Shown here: piece by piece, positions 26,020 to 38,500 of the stretch
Numbering within the stretch: position 1 is the first letter of the stretch
Layout: every line of letters begins with the position of its first letter
From: Takakia lepidozioides
Taxonomy: Eukaryota > Plantae > Bryophyta
Reading direction: 5' to 3'
DNA: 64,000 nt
Assembly (NCBI GenBank): GCA_030704615.1
Contig: CM060731.1
Coordinates: 85,932,001-85,996,000 of the forward strand
Position numbers and translations under genes: made by a program
Notes under the pieces: model-generated
Databases searched by the model: none
Told to the model about the DNA's origin: nothing
What the model saw: the letters and a program-made list of their open reading frames with translations, nothing else

Positions 26020-27175
26020 CTGAGTCTGGACCCACACTATATCCCCGCTCCTTCAGCTATCCATGCCTCTGCACAAATCAAGCATACATCCTTGCCTTGC
26101 TGCTAGCAGCTGACGATGACAGCCTAGATTTATTCTAGGAAACACCCAGCTCAACTTATCACACTAGTTCCTATGCTCAATTGAATCTGCTACTCTCTAT
26201 AATCCAACAAGCATTCACCTTCTTGCCTCGATTGTCCCACCATTGACTGAGGTCAGAAAAGTATTCATTCCACAGCTTGTCCTCGTCTTTGTTACCTATT
26301 TTTGGATACTTTCCTGTTGTCACATCGGCAGTATCATGTCAAAGTCACTCCAAACTAGATTCACTCAACCAGCTAACTTGCAGATTCAACATAGAAAGTT
26401 AGGGCCGATTCTAATAAGAGGGAAATATAATGAAGAAGATGCTTTCATTAGCAGTGCCTGATTATATCAATTGTGCCGCTGCTGCCAGTTGACCATCTAC
26501 CCATGCAGGTTTCTGGTAGCTATTGATCCACAGGGAATCTTAGGTAATGTGGAGCTTGAAATCTGGCCCTCTTAGATGAATCTGGACCCACACTCTATCC
26601 CTGCTCCTTCAGCTATCCATGCCTTTGCACAAATCATGCATTCACCCTTTCCGTGCTGCTAGCAACTGACAATGAAAGCCTAGAATTGCTCTAGGAAACA
26701 CCCAACTCAACTTATCACACTAGTTCCTATGCTCAATTACATTTGCTACTCTCTGTAATCCAACAGGCATTTACCTTTTGCCTCGATTGTCCCACCATTG
26801 ACTGGGGTCAGAAAAGTATTCATTCCACAGCTCCTGGTCTCCTTGTCTCTGTTACTTGTTTATGGATACTTTCCTGTTGTCACATTGGCAATATTAGTCA
26901 GTCACTCCAAACTATCAAAGGTTTATCAACCAGCTAACTTGCAGAATTCAACATGAAAATTCAGGGCCGATTCTGATAAGAGGGAAAAACAGGGTGAAAT
27001 GTGTTGAAGAAGGTGCCTTCATTAGCAGTGCCTGAATTTATCAATTGTGTTGCTACTGCTGCAGCTTCCAGTTGACCATCTACCCATGCAGGTTGCTAGT
27101 AGTTATTCTATTGATTCACAGGGAATCATAAGTAATCTTGTGCCTGAAATCTGGCCACACTCTATCCCTTCGCTT
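26020..27175 (-). repeat. Two tandem ~560-bp copies of the PPR gene upstream/5' region (related sequence at ~28850-28965 and 29460-29820)
   Basis: tctggacccacact.tatccc.gctccttcagctatccatgcc at 26025 and 26581. gttgaccatctaccc recurs near 26488, 27071, 28859, 28949 and 29495. Confidence 0.8.
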
Positions 27176-27189
27176 CTTTTCGCCCACAC

Positions 27190-29500
27190 ATATGCAGCCA
27201 TCACAACCTCCAAACTGTCGCCCTTTGCCCATCATTTGCTCATAGGTATCCAAAGCCTCCATCCCGTGAATGTGCAGCCATCTTATCAAACAAACCTTTG
27301 CATCCTCAATGGACCCACATTTGGCATAAAAGTCCACGAGGGTATTGTTCAGAATCACATCTGGTACAATTCCAGCTTTGGCGATGTCACCATGCACCTC
27401 TTTGCCCTTTTCCAGGGCTGCTAGGCTTGCACAAGCATTGCAAACGCACACAAAACGTGATGTGGTTGCACTTCACCCCTTCCCCCATCAATTGCTCATA
27501 TGTCTCCAAGGCCTCCATCTCGCGCCCCTGCTGTGCATACCTTGCAAGCATCGTGTTCCACGACACCACATCTCGTTCAGCCATAGTGTTGAACAATCCC
27601 TTCGCATCCTCAATGCTCCCACATTTGGCATACTTGTCCACCAGGGCAGAGTTCAGAATGACATTGGATACAATTCCAGCTTTGATAATGTCACCATGGA
27701 CCTCTTTGCCCTTTTCCAGGGCTGCCAGGCTTGCAAACGCACACAAATGTGACATGGTTGGGCTTCACCCCTTCACAGATCATTTGCTCATAGGTTTCCA
27801 AAACCTCCATCCCGCCCCCTTGCTGTGCATATCCTGCAATCATCGCACTCCACAACACCACATCTCGTTCAGCCATATTGTCGAACACTCCCTTTGCATG
27901 ATCGATGCTCCCACATTTGGCATACATGCCCACCAGGGTATTGTTCAGGATCATATCTGGTACGATTCTAGCTCTGACGATGTCGCCATGCACCTCTATG
28001 CCCTTTTGCAAGGCTGTCAGGCTTGCACATGCACTGCAAACGCACACAAACGTTATGTGGTTGGGCTTCACCCCTTCCCCCATCATTTGCTAATAGGTCT
28101 CCAAAGCCTCCATCCCGCGCCCCTACTGTGCATATCCTGCGAGCATCGCACTCCACGACACCACATTTCGTTCAGCCATATTGTCGAACACTTCCTTTGC
28201 ACCCTTGATGCACCCACATTTGGCATACATGTCCACCAGGGCAGTATTCAGGATGACATCTGGTAGGATTCCAACTCTCATGATGTCACCATGCACCTCT
28301 TCGCCCTTTTCCAGGGCTGCCAGGCTTGCACATGCACTGCAAACGCTACAAACGTGATGTGGTTGGGCTTCACCGCTTCCCCCATCATTTGCTCATAGGT
28401 CTCCAAAGCATTCCTACCACACCCATGCTTGGTAAATCGTGCCAACATGATATTCCACGTGATCAAAGATCGTTGAGGCATTCTGTTAAACACTTGGTGA
28501 GCATCCATGATGCTCCCGCACTTAACATACATGTTGACAAGGGTGTGGAGGAGAAAAACATTTGGCGTGAATCCACTTTGGATAATGTGAGTGTGCACCT
28601 GCTTTCCAACTTCCAGGCCTTTCACCTTGATGCACTTATGCAAGAGACAGACATGTGTTTCTGAATCTGCTGAAATGCCTCTTTGGTTTAAAGTCTGTAG
28701 AGCCTCTTTCAGTTTGCGTGCCTCACAAGGCATCTTCACATGCCCAAAAGTGCCAGAAGAGGCATTGTGGACTCCCTCTCTTGATCCTCTTCCAGAAACT
28801 GTGGTCTTGGTTGAGGTGCTTGATTTTATCAACTGTGACGTTGCAGCTGCTGCCTTTAGTTGACCATCTACCCATGCAGGTTTCTTGTAGCTATTGATCC
28901 TAGCTGGTGCCTTGTTCTATCAATGTGTTGCTGCTGCTGTTGTTTCCAGTTGACCATCTACCCACTTGTAGCCGCTGTGCTATTGAAGAAGGTGCCCCCT
29001 TTCCCCCATTTTCCAGAGGTCCCAGGCTTGCACACGCTTTTGCAAACACAAACACCCACGCGTGGTAAATCCTTCCAGCATTGTATTCCATGAGATCAAA
29101 GTTTGTTGAGGCATTATGTTGAAAACTTGGTGAGCATTCATGATGGTCTCGCACTTAACATACAGGTTGACAAGGGTGTTGAGGAGAAAAACAGTTGGCG
29201 TGAGTCCACTTTGGATCAAAATGTGAGTGTGCACCTGCTTCCAACTTCCAGACCTTTCCTCTTGATGCACTTAAGCAAGAGACAGACATACTTATCTAAA
29301 TTTGCTGAAATTCCTCATTAGTTTAAAGTCTGTAGAGCCTCATTCAGTCTGCCTGCCTCACAACGCATCTTGACATGCCCAGAAGTGCTAGAACAGGCAT
29401 TATGGACTCCCTCTCTTGATCCTCTTCCAGAAGTTGGGGTCATGGTTGAGGTGCCTGATTTGATCATTTGTGCCGTTGCTGCCGCGGCTTCCAATTGACC
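27190..29500 (-). pseudogene. Degenerate PLS-class PPR genes: ~300-bp P-L-S triplets in tandem plus a duplicated N-terminus
   Basis: Repeated GVKPNHITFVCVC.ACASL.AL.KG.EVHGDI...GIVPD.ILN..LV..YAKCGSI.DAK.VF..MAERDVV.W..M..GYAQ.G. Frameshifts throughout; no E/DYW domain. Confidence 0.92.
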
Positions 29501-31029
29501 ATCTACCCATGCAGGTTTCTTGTAGCTATCCTTCCACAGGGAATCATAGGTGATCTAGAGCTTGAAATCTGGCCCGCTTCGATGAATCTCAACCCACACT
29601 CTATCCCTGCTCCTTCATTCCAGAGCTTCTCTTAGTTTCTGTTATCTATTTTCAATACTTTCCTGTTGCCACATAGGCAGTAACATGTCAAATCACTTCA
29701 AAACCCCTGGTACCATAGATCCACCAAGAGCTAACTTGCAGAATTCAACATGAAAATTAGGGACAAATTCTGATAACAAGGAAAACAGGCTGAAATGTAT
29801 TGAAGAAGGTGCCTCCGTTACCGCTGCCTAGTTCTATCAACTGAGTCTGATGGGAGGGAAAAACAGGCTGAAATAGGTCAAAGAAGAAGGTGCCCTCACC
29901 ACATTGTCCTCGACCTTGTGTCATGACCCATTTTTGACTGACCATGAACCTAAGAGAACCTCTTGTGTGTGCTGCTTGTGTCTGTAGTCAGGTAATGTCT
30001 GATTGGTCTATGAGAACCACCACGGTGCAGCTGTGCGGGCAGAAATTGAAGCACGGCCTGCTGAGACCAAGCTGACTCTTCCAAGAACCTTGTAAACATC
30101 AGGAAGGATACCAAAGCACGGTACTAACAGGAGCCAAGAGCCCACATTTGCACGATGGACAAACTTCTTCACATCGTACATTAAGAAAAAGCCACACCTT
30201 GCAATTGCGGTTGTCCCACCATCGTGAAGGATCTTTAAAAACTCATGCCAGCTCTGCTCCGTGCTGCAAATTCAAGGCTGAGTTTGATGAGAGCGCAAAA
30301 CAGGCTGAAATAGGTCGAAGAAGAAGGTGCCCTCACCACATTGTCCTTGACCTAAGACCAAGCTGACTCTCCCCAGAACGGCGAGCTCTCAGCCGACACC
30401 TAGTCCTCGCACACATACCCTAGCGTTTGTCGGGTTGCTTGCTTTTCAAATGCAAAGGTTGCTCCAACTGCGGGCCTCCCATGTTTGCCCTCCCTCCCGC
30501 TCGCTGCTCTAAGTCCCAGCCCTCTCTCTCTCCCTCCCGCTCGCTCGCTCTAAGTCCCAACCCTCTGTTCACAGCTACCGGGATGGGCAACTTAAAAAAA
30601 AAAAAAAACCTTTTGCAAACCCTACAAGCAACTTTTGCAAAAAAATTTAAACCTTTTGCACTTTGATCTTTAAACCTTTTGCACTCTGCAACAAGTTTTA
30701 AAGGTACCATATACTAGCTCTACCCTGTTTTCATTTTACAATGTTGAATGATTTATATTTATGTCCCTGCACTGATATGGCCACACTTAATTTGACTCCC
30801 TTCAATCATAATATGAGGACTGTTAAGCTTGCATTGCATTCGGTTTACATTGCAAAGTGCGACGACCACCTCTTCGTCTTTCCGAGGGCAGATTTCTGAA
30901 GTTCATGATTTATTCCATTTGCAGCGGAGTACTAACTAAACCCATACACCACAATCAATGGAAATAATTGTATGGTCCCATTTCACACAGGTGTGTAACA
31001 TGCCATGTAAACTAAGCCAACCCCTGCCA

Positions 31030-31209
31030 TGGTCATGGCTGTTTTCACACCGTTCTTGCCTGGGGTGTGGACCACATGTGAGACACCCCACAATTAGGGC
31101 ATATTTAGACCCACACCTTGGCTCAGTCTACAGACCCGTGATAAAAGCCGTGGAATGTGCCAGGTGTGAGATGGCATACCCGTGGAAAAAGCCGGTTTCT
31201 GTTCTAGTG
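31030..31209 (-). mobile_element. CACTA family B second terminus (TIR 31182-31209)
   Basis: gtggaaaaagccggtttctgttcTAGTG is 26/28 identical to the 21672-21699 TIR and is followed by ATT (reverse complement AAT). Confidence 0.85.
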
Positions 31210-32150
31210 ATTGAACCTGCCAGAGTGGCCCTATGTGGCCGTTTTGAACATGAAAAAACAAGCAAAATGGGGGGCTCAAACAGTGTGCGGTGCCGCACAC
31301 TGTTTGAGCTTCCAATTCGGGGTGGATTGAACCTGCCTAAGTGGCCCTATGTGGCCGATTTTCACATGAAAAAAACAATGACAAGGTGGGCTCAAACAGT
31401 GTGCGTTGACGCACACTGTTTGAGCTGCCAGGTAAGTGTGCATTGAACCTGCAAGACTGGCCCTATGTGGCCGATTTTCACATGAAAAAAACAATGACAA
31501 GGTGGGCTCAAACAGTGTGCAATGAAGCACGCTGTTTGAGCTGCTAGGTAAGTGTGCATTGAACCTCAACGAGATGCCCTATGTGGCCGATTTTCAAATG
31601 AAAAAAACATTGACAAGGTGGGCTCAAATAGTGTGCGTTGAAGCACACTATTTGAGCTGCTAGGTAAGTGTGCATTGAACCTCAAAGAGATGCCCTATGT
31701 GGCCGATTTTCAAATGAAAAAAACAATGACAAGGTGGGCTTAAACAGTGTGCGTTGACGCACACTGCTGGAGCTGCCAGGAAATTGTTGATTGAACCTCA
31801 TAGAGATACCCCGTCTGGACGATTTTATTATGAAAAAAGCAGTGAGAAGGGGGGCTCGAACAGTGTGCGTTGGCGCACACTGTTTGAGCTTCGAATTAGG
31901 GGTGGATTGAACCAGATAGAGAGGCCCCTGTGTGCACCATTTCCACACCCAAAAACAAGGCACAAGGGGGGCTCAAACAGTGTGCGTTGACGTACACTGT
32001 TTGAGCTTCCAATTCGGGGTGGATTGAACCTGCCATAGTGGCCCTATGTGGCCGTTTTGCACATCAAAAAACAAGCAAAATGGGGGGCTCAAACAGTGTG
32101 TGTTGCCGCACACTGTTTGAGCTTCCAATTTGGGGTGGATTCAACCTGCC
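31210..32150. repeat. Palindrome array 2b: the same 36-bp hairpin, 8 copies at 116-117-bp period, spacers reverse-complemented relative to 2a
   Basis: Starts at 31274, 31390, 31506, 31622, 31738, 31854, 31971, 32087. Confidence 0.95.
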
Positions 32151-32243
32151 AGAGATGCCGTGTATAGGCGGTTTTCATTTCAAAATACAAGCACAACGTT
32201 CACATCACCAATGAAGCACAAAGGTCGGTCTCAAACATTGTAC

Positions 32244-32695
32244 CTTTTTTTTAGTTGCTCCAGAAGACTCCCCAATCGCCGGAGACCCTTTGCGCTTTGG
32301 ACTGCTCTCTACACCGAGCATGTTCTGGAGCATCTCCCCCATCCTCTTTTCCACTATCTGGTTCTTCCTGAGGCTAGCATCAATATCATCTTCGGCGTCC
32401 GTCTCTCCCTCGGATTCAGTCTCCTCCTCACCTGTTCTTGGAAGTATGGTGGGCTGCTGTTCTTCTCCAGATTCCTGCTCTTCCATCACCAGACTTTCCT
32501 CTTTGCCCTTTTCTTCCTCCTTTTCCTCTTCGTCTACTCTTTCCATCCTCATTCTATATCTGGCGCTATTCCTGTCCCTAGTGCTCGTGAAGTATAACGA
32601 CTTCCTTCTCTTCCTCCTCTGGTGGAAACAAGGGCTCCCCACGCTGCCTCTGGAGCTCTCCAGTTTGACGTTTGTAACAAGCGTTGCTATGGCAT
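32244..32695 (-). pseudogene. Acidic/low-complexity exon, probable displaced first exon of ParB paralog 2
   Basis: E/K-rich ORF ending GATKKK|GTAC (phase-0 donor at 32242-43). Begins ATG CCA TAG CAA CGC TTG, resembling the paralog-1 start MPKGRKQMRL. Degenerate. Confidence 0.55.
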
Positions 32696-33516
32696 GTAAC
32701 CAAAGTAAAAATTGGACATTGTTAACCGTATTTGGATGCGGGTGTCATCATTGTGTGTGAACGGTATTCATTCATTTCGGCGTCTTTGTATTATCCAAGA
32801 AATAAAGTGGTGGAAAAAAAGTAGATCCGTTGCATGTACTTGTGATATATGTCAGATGTACTTCGCCGCCTGCCAATACATGGCAACCTTCTTGCATTCT
32901 TTGAAATTTGGAAGTGTCGTAGAAATCTAATGCTAGTTCAATTTCGAGCAGTACTTGCAGATTCGCAATAATTGTTATGCTTCACATATGCGTCCACATG
33001 TGTTGTACTGCCTACCCTGCGGTTTGCATTTCGCCGTCACCGTCGCAATGGGGTCATTTGGTATAAAGGGTTGTGTCGGCAATGGTCATGTGTTGCACAC
33101 ACTCATGCGAGGTGTCTCCCGGAGTGTCTGTGTTTGTGCTGTGCTCTTCTGGCACAACACAACCTCATTAGATTCGGGGTCTTCATCTTTACTGCTCTCC
33201 AGGGTTGTTGCCGTCTTTCCATAATGGATGATTTTATGTCATGTTCAGGGTTTGTTTTTCATCCAAATACAACACGGCTTCTTGTGGTTTCTTGTCTTAG
33301 AAAACAGTTTTTCTGGTTGGTGTCTCTCAGTGTGGCTGTCTGCGAAGTTCGGTGCATGTCATTCCTACATCCTTTGCATGCATCGCCCGCAGTCTTTGGG
33401 TCAGTGCTACCATTTTTTACCTCAGTTTGTTTGGGGTGGATCCCCTTTCGAGAATTACGGGCTATCAGTTCGGGGATTCCTCTGTGAATCGCAACTTTCT
33501 GTCAGTGTACGAAAAC

Positions 33517-34640
33517 ATGTCCAGGGAGCGAGATAGACTCGCTCAATTTCATTCCAATGCAGGTAGTCTTCCACTGACTGCCACTGTAGATGACGATGGG
33601 TTTGCAATTGTTCATGAGGATGAGCTGGTTACAGTGTTCCCTCTGGAATTGGGTTCTTTGCTTGTTCAAAAAGAGGTGTATGACGAGGATGGGAATTTGG
33701 ATTCTGGGCACTTGGAGAAACCATTGGTTGGTGAGTGTGGAAGGAAGTGGAGAGTCCTTCCAGGCACATACTGGGTCCTTGGAAAAGAGAGAAGACAATC
33801 AGCAGGATCAGTAGTTACCCCTGGCACTGCAGCATCTGTCGTGCAGCAGAAGGGCACAGTTCATGTGAAACAAGAGGTGAGCACATCCACTACATTCGTG
33901 ACTCTTTCAGACTCGTCCTCGGAGGATGTTTTTGAGATTCCTCCGCCAATGCAGACTCCATTCTTGGATAATGACGAGTTGCAGGAGATAACGAGTGTTA
34001 TTCCGAAATTGAAAGCCCTCGCAGGGGTGCCTGGGTGCAAGAATGAGCTGCGTTTTGTTGATTGGGAGTCCCTTCGTGTGCAACGGGTTCAATACATGCC
34101 AGTAGAGTTTGATGGGGACATCTTGTTTGAGCTCAACCCTCCCACGTCTTCCAGTGGACTAGTTGGGCTTCTGCAGGGCATGGACAAGAAACATGATGGA
34201 CACCCTTGGTGCAGGACAAAAACGTCGAACATCCACAACGACATTGGATTGAAATTTCGAAGGTCGGTCTGCGTTGGGCATTGTAAGTGCGTGAATATTT
34301 CTTGCCCTCGCCTGAGAAACAGCGCTAAACCAAAGGAAAGTGAGTGGGAAGGTGTGCCCCTGAATCCTTTCACCCCAGGGCTTGCCCCTCCCAAGACCAA
34401 TACTTTTGTGTGTAGGTTCTCCAAACTTTCCCTGTCTTGTGTTTTTGTGTGTCACGCTCGTATGTACCAGATGGCACACCGATGCAAGACAATGACTCGT
34501 GCCTGCATTCATATGGGTACACACGAGCATCCTGTGTCCAAAGGAAGTTGCAGGGATAGCGTGGACATCGCTAGAAATCTGCTAAAGCAGGAGTTCCACA
34601 ATGCCCCTTGTGCAACACCTTCTGCTATAGCGCTTGTAGC
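33517..34640 (+). pseudogene. GCM-like zinc-finger / MULE-type transposase, second subfamily, cut by an LTR element
   Basis: VQYMPVEFDGDILFEL, KHDGHPWCRTKTSN, CVGHCKCVNISC, TRACIHMGTHEHP, ATPSAIAL, then the LTR. Confidence 0.75.
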
Positions 34641-35567
34641 TGTCGAGCGGCTTTTACTCACCCATCCCTTCGCTATCCGAGGTGGAAACTCCAAGATAGA
34701 AGAGTTGGATATCTCTAAGCACTCAGCCCGCTCAGAACAATCAGTCATGACCTGCAGCTAGTGTATCATGGTTGTGCTTCCTATTTGTATTCCTTCTCAC
34801 CTTCATGTTATCAATTTACCTTACTGTGTATACTGAAGCATCAGATTGCTTCAGTATCTACTAATTTCTCGTTAATCATGCATTCATTCCACAGCTTCAC
34901 TCATGTCTCTCTACGCAGTGCGATTGTATCGAATAAGTATCAAATTATGATTTATCAATATAAGGCCAATGCCATGGTGACACTAATCCACCCTACAGTA
35001 TCACTACAGCTTTGCAAGTAACAAGCATTTACTGTTCATCTCTCCTGCTTCTCCGTGCTCTCGTTCTTCCTCTCCGCCTGATCTCCTCTCATGCATGACC
35101 CAAAAGCGCTCCCCGTGAAGTCCCCCTCTTTTCGTTGCCGCTCTCCTTATCTACCCGCAAGCTGTTCTAACCACCTAACTAACTAACCGTCATCCCTGAA
35201 GTAACCCATTCCCTCTGCAGATGTCGTTCCCTCACAGTCGTTCCCTGTTAATGATAACTGTTCCCTATGTACTGTGACAGGCTGTGTCAAGCTGTGCCGA
35301 GCTGTGACTGGCTGTGTTAGGCTGTGCCGGGCTGTGTGAAGCTGTGTCGGGCTGTGCCGGCTGTGACTGGCTGTGCGAAGCTGTGACTGGCTATGTAAAG
35401 CTGTGCTGGGCTGTGACTGGCTGTGTAAAGCTGTGTTGGGCTGTGTGACCCCCCTAAAGCCTGCTGCTACCATCCCTAAAGCTCATGTTGATCTCAGTCT
35501 GCGCAAAAATTAAGGGTACCCTACAGAACCCATAAAAAACGTCTAAGTCCCAAGCAGCCCTCTAACA
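34641..35567 (-). mobile_element. 3' LTR of a Ty3/gypsy element (TGTTAGAG...CTCGACA on the minus strand)
   Basis: Polypurine tract GAGAGGGGGAGGGGT at 35571-35585 on the minus strand lies just before TG. The far end coincides with loss of MULE homology. Confidence 0.75.
35271..35449. repeat. 10-bp minisatellite (RGCTGTGNNN, ~18 copies) inside the LTR
   Basis: gctgtgtcaa gctgtgccga gctgtgactg gctgtgttag ... Confidence 0.9.
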
Positions 35568-35599
35568 TTTACCCCTCCCCCTCTCAAAAAGTCGTGTCC

Positions 35600-38500
35600 T
35601 CACGGTTTACTGTTTGGGATTAGCAAACCTTTGTGAGCGAGTACCCTTTTGACGGTGAGAGTCCCGTGAAGGACTCCGTGTGCGAGCCCGAGTCCTATCA
35701 CTGGCTGATGGAGATGATTGAGCACTACCTGGAAATGTCTGACCCTCCTTTGGCTGATAACGAGGTAATCTCTCAGGCATAGGAGATCCCCGTCGTTTCT
35801 TCTCTGCCATCTGAAGTGCATAGTCTTCGGCCATGTCAAAAGAGTCCGCAGAAGAAACAGTAGTATTAGAATCCTCGTCCCCCCTGAGGTGTTTTAACGG
35901 CCGAACTTTAACTGGAATCCTGTGTGGCATACAATGTGGTCCCACCATGTCTGGAAGTTTAAACTGTACAACTTGTTGTAAGCGCTTAATGGCAAAATTA
36001 GTGAACACCCTGAACTCCTTATCCGTATAGGTGAGAGGTGTGCCAATGATTTGGAACAGTGTAAGTATGTCCAGGCTTCATGTCCCTTAAAAAAAAAATT
36101 CTCCGGGCCAAATTTCTGTGTTGTCAAATTGTTCCAAGCCGAATGAAACCATGAACGAAGTTGTGAATCCTTTTGCATCATAACTTTTGCATCATATAGG
36201 TACATATGAGGTGGCACTGAAGGTAAGACCCAATGATCCCCACTGGAATAACTCAGAAATTGTGATTGCATCTTTTGCTGCTCAATGTGATAGCGTGCCA
36301 GAAAACAAGCAACATAGTATAATCCACAACCCATGACAATACTAGATACCTCCTTGGTCTTGGTATAGATGTACCCATGTACAACTTGGAAGGCAATTAA
36401 TTCCTTCAGCATGGTACTTGCCTCAGACCAATACTTGGCAAAATGATGATCCTCAATGGGTCGATTGTTCGGTAGAACCTTAGTCCGAGTTGCCACCGGC
36501 AGCCAAATGCGCATGATCTAGTAGTAATGTGCCAATGATTGCGGAGGACTAAATTCCTTCCAAGCCAAATTCAACACAAGGGGAATTTGGTTGAAGGGCA
36601 TAATCATAGCCCGACTGTACTCTCGTGCAGCACGAGTTTTAGGGGGGTTAAAAGTAGCATCCCCCCATACCTCAGGCTGTGGTGTGGCTGTAGTAACAAC
36701 AGGGTCAGCTACCTGCACAGCCACTTGCTGTGGTATTGGTACCACTGGCCCTTCTACCACTAACATCTCCTGCACCCCTTGCGAAGAAGACTAAAAAATT
36801 AGAGTCCTGGCATGTAAATAAGTAGCCATCAGCTGCTCCTCAGGTACAAAGACTCTCTTGTCAATATTTGAACTCAGGTCATCCACCTGAGTTTGCAGGC
36901 CTTCTACATCTCCTGTAGCTCTGCTATCCTACTATAGACATTGTCTATAGTAGTTGTGGCAATGTTCTGCACCTGCAGTCTGAGCTCATTCATCTCGCCC
37001 TGGGTGAGCTTCCGTGGTGTTTTGTCTTCCACCGGCCCTTGTGCTAACCAGACTTGCATAAGGTGGTTATCCACCAAGTCGTGTGTGGCACCCCTGAGGA
37101 TCTGCTCCTCCGTGAGTCTGTACACATCTAACTACTGCTGTAAAGCTTTTATGCGCTTCGCATGAGGTTCAACCAGACCCGCATAGGCAGCAGCTAGATT
37201 ATTGGCTTCCTTCCAAGCCTTGTTAGCCATAGAGAGGTCATTTCTATTGACCATGACTGTTTGTTGCAACTCCAGGATGTGCCTCTCCTGGTCAACCTCA
37301 AATTGTCGGTATTGTTTGAAAGTATTCTCATTGCGACAGATTGTATTCTTCATATCAACGATGAGTTTCGCTTGCTCTATGATCTCTGCTTCTGCCTGTA
37401 TACATCTCTCCCCTTGTCTGTTAACTTTTAATGCAGTTTGCTCAAGAGTAGTTGTGAGTGTAGCACATTGTATGGTCATCTTCTTATGTTCTGCCTACAA
37501 CTCTGTATGTAGTACATTCACTTCTTGCAATTTGCCTTTATGCTTCACCTGCAATTGGTATAACTGTTGCTTATGTGCTTCATGCAACTGGTCCTGCTCG
37601 AGGCCTGCTTCAATCAAATGTCCCTTGGCCAACTGCAAAGCAGCCTTTGTGTCCTCTAACTCTTGCTGTAACTTAAAATTGACCTCGTCATCAACCTTGT
37701 TAGCACACTCAGTGGCAATTTGAGCCTCAAACTCCTTCCTGAGTTCCTCCCTCAAAGCTGCCAATTGGGTAGATGGAACATGGGATTTCACATAAGTGCC
37801 CAACAAATTAAGTGTTCTGCTTATGGAACTCATAAGCATGGCCTGCTGAGGGTCATCATGGTGAACTTACTGCTGTTCTCCCTGATCCTCCATAGTGTGA
37901 TGCCTCACCAACCATTCAGGCCATTGCCCCACCAAATTTTCTTCCTGAATCACCTCATCCTCCACAGGTGCTGCAGTGTCTTGATATTCTACCCTTGGTA
38001 CCTCCATCACGGTGTGGGTACTACATGCATAGCAGGGTTTTTCCTGGACAAGCGTTGCACCTCTGGAACCACTGATTCCCCTACCAAGCCCGAGTTTTCA
38101 TAGAGAAGGTCACCCTTCTCAATTTCGGCCACGACCTGCTCTGTAGTGGGAATGTCCAACCTTTCTCCTTCCAGAGCAATTGGGGGTGATGTCACAGCAT
38201 GTACTAACTGCGGAACCTCTAAAACAACTGAGTCAATTGGTTGTGGTGGCTGTGGTATCGAAGTGACTTCCTCTTCCCTTTCCGAAGGCCGTGCTTCCAA
38301 TAATAACAGCTCTTTGTGCTACTGTGCCCCATCCTGCACAAGAGCTTGGGAAACATTCTCGTGCGGTTTCCGTGAAGCCAGTGGATCCGCCACTACAGTC
38401 ATACCCCACCTCTATCTCTTAGACTGGTGTTGCCCTGCCAGTCCACTTTCACTATGTGAAGAGCCCTGCTCTTCAATTGCAGTGATTTCTGCCTCAAACA

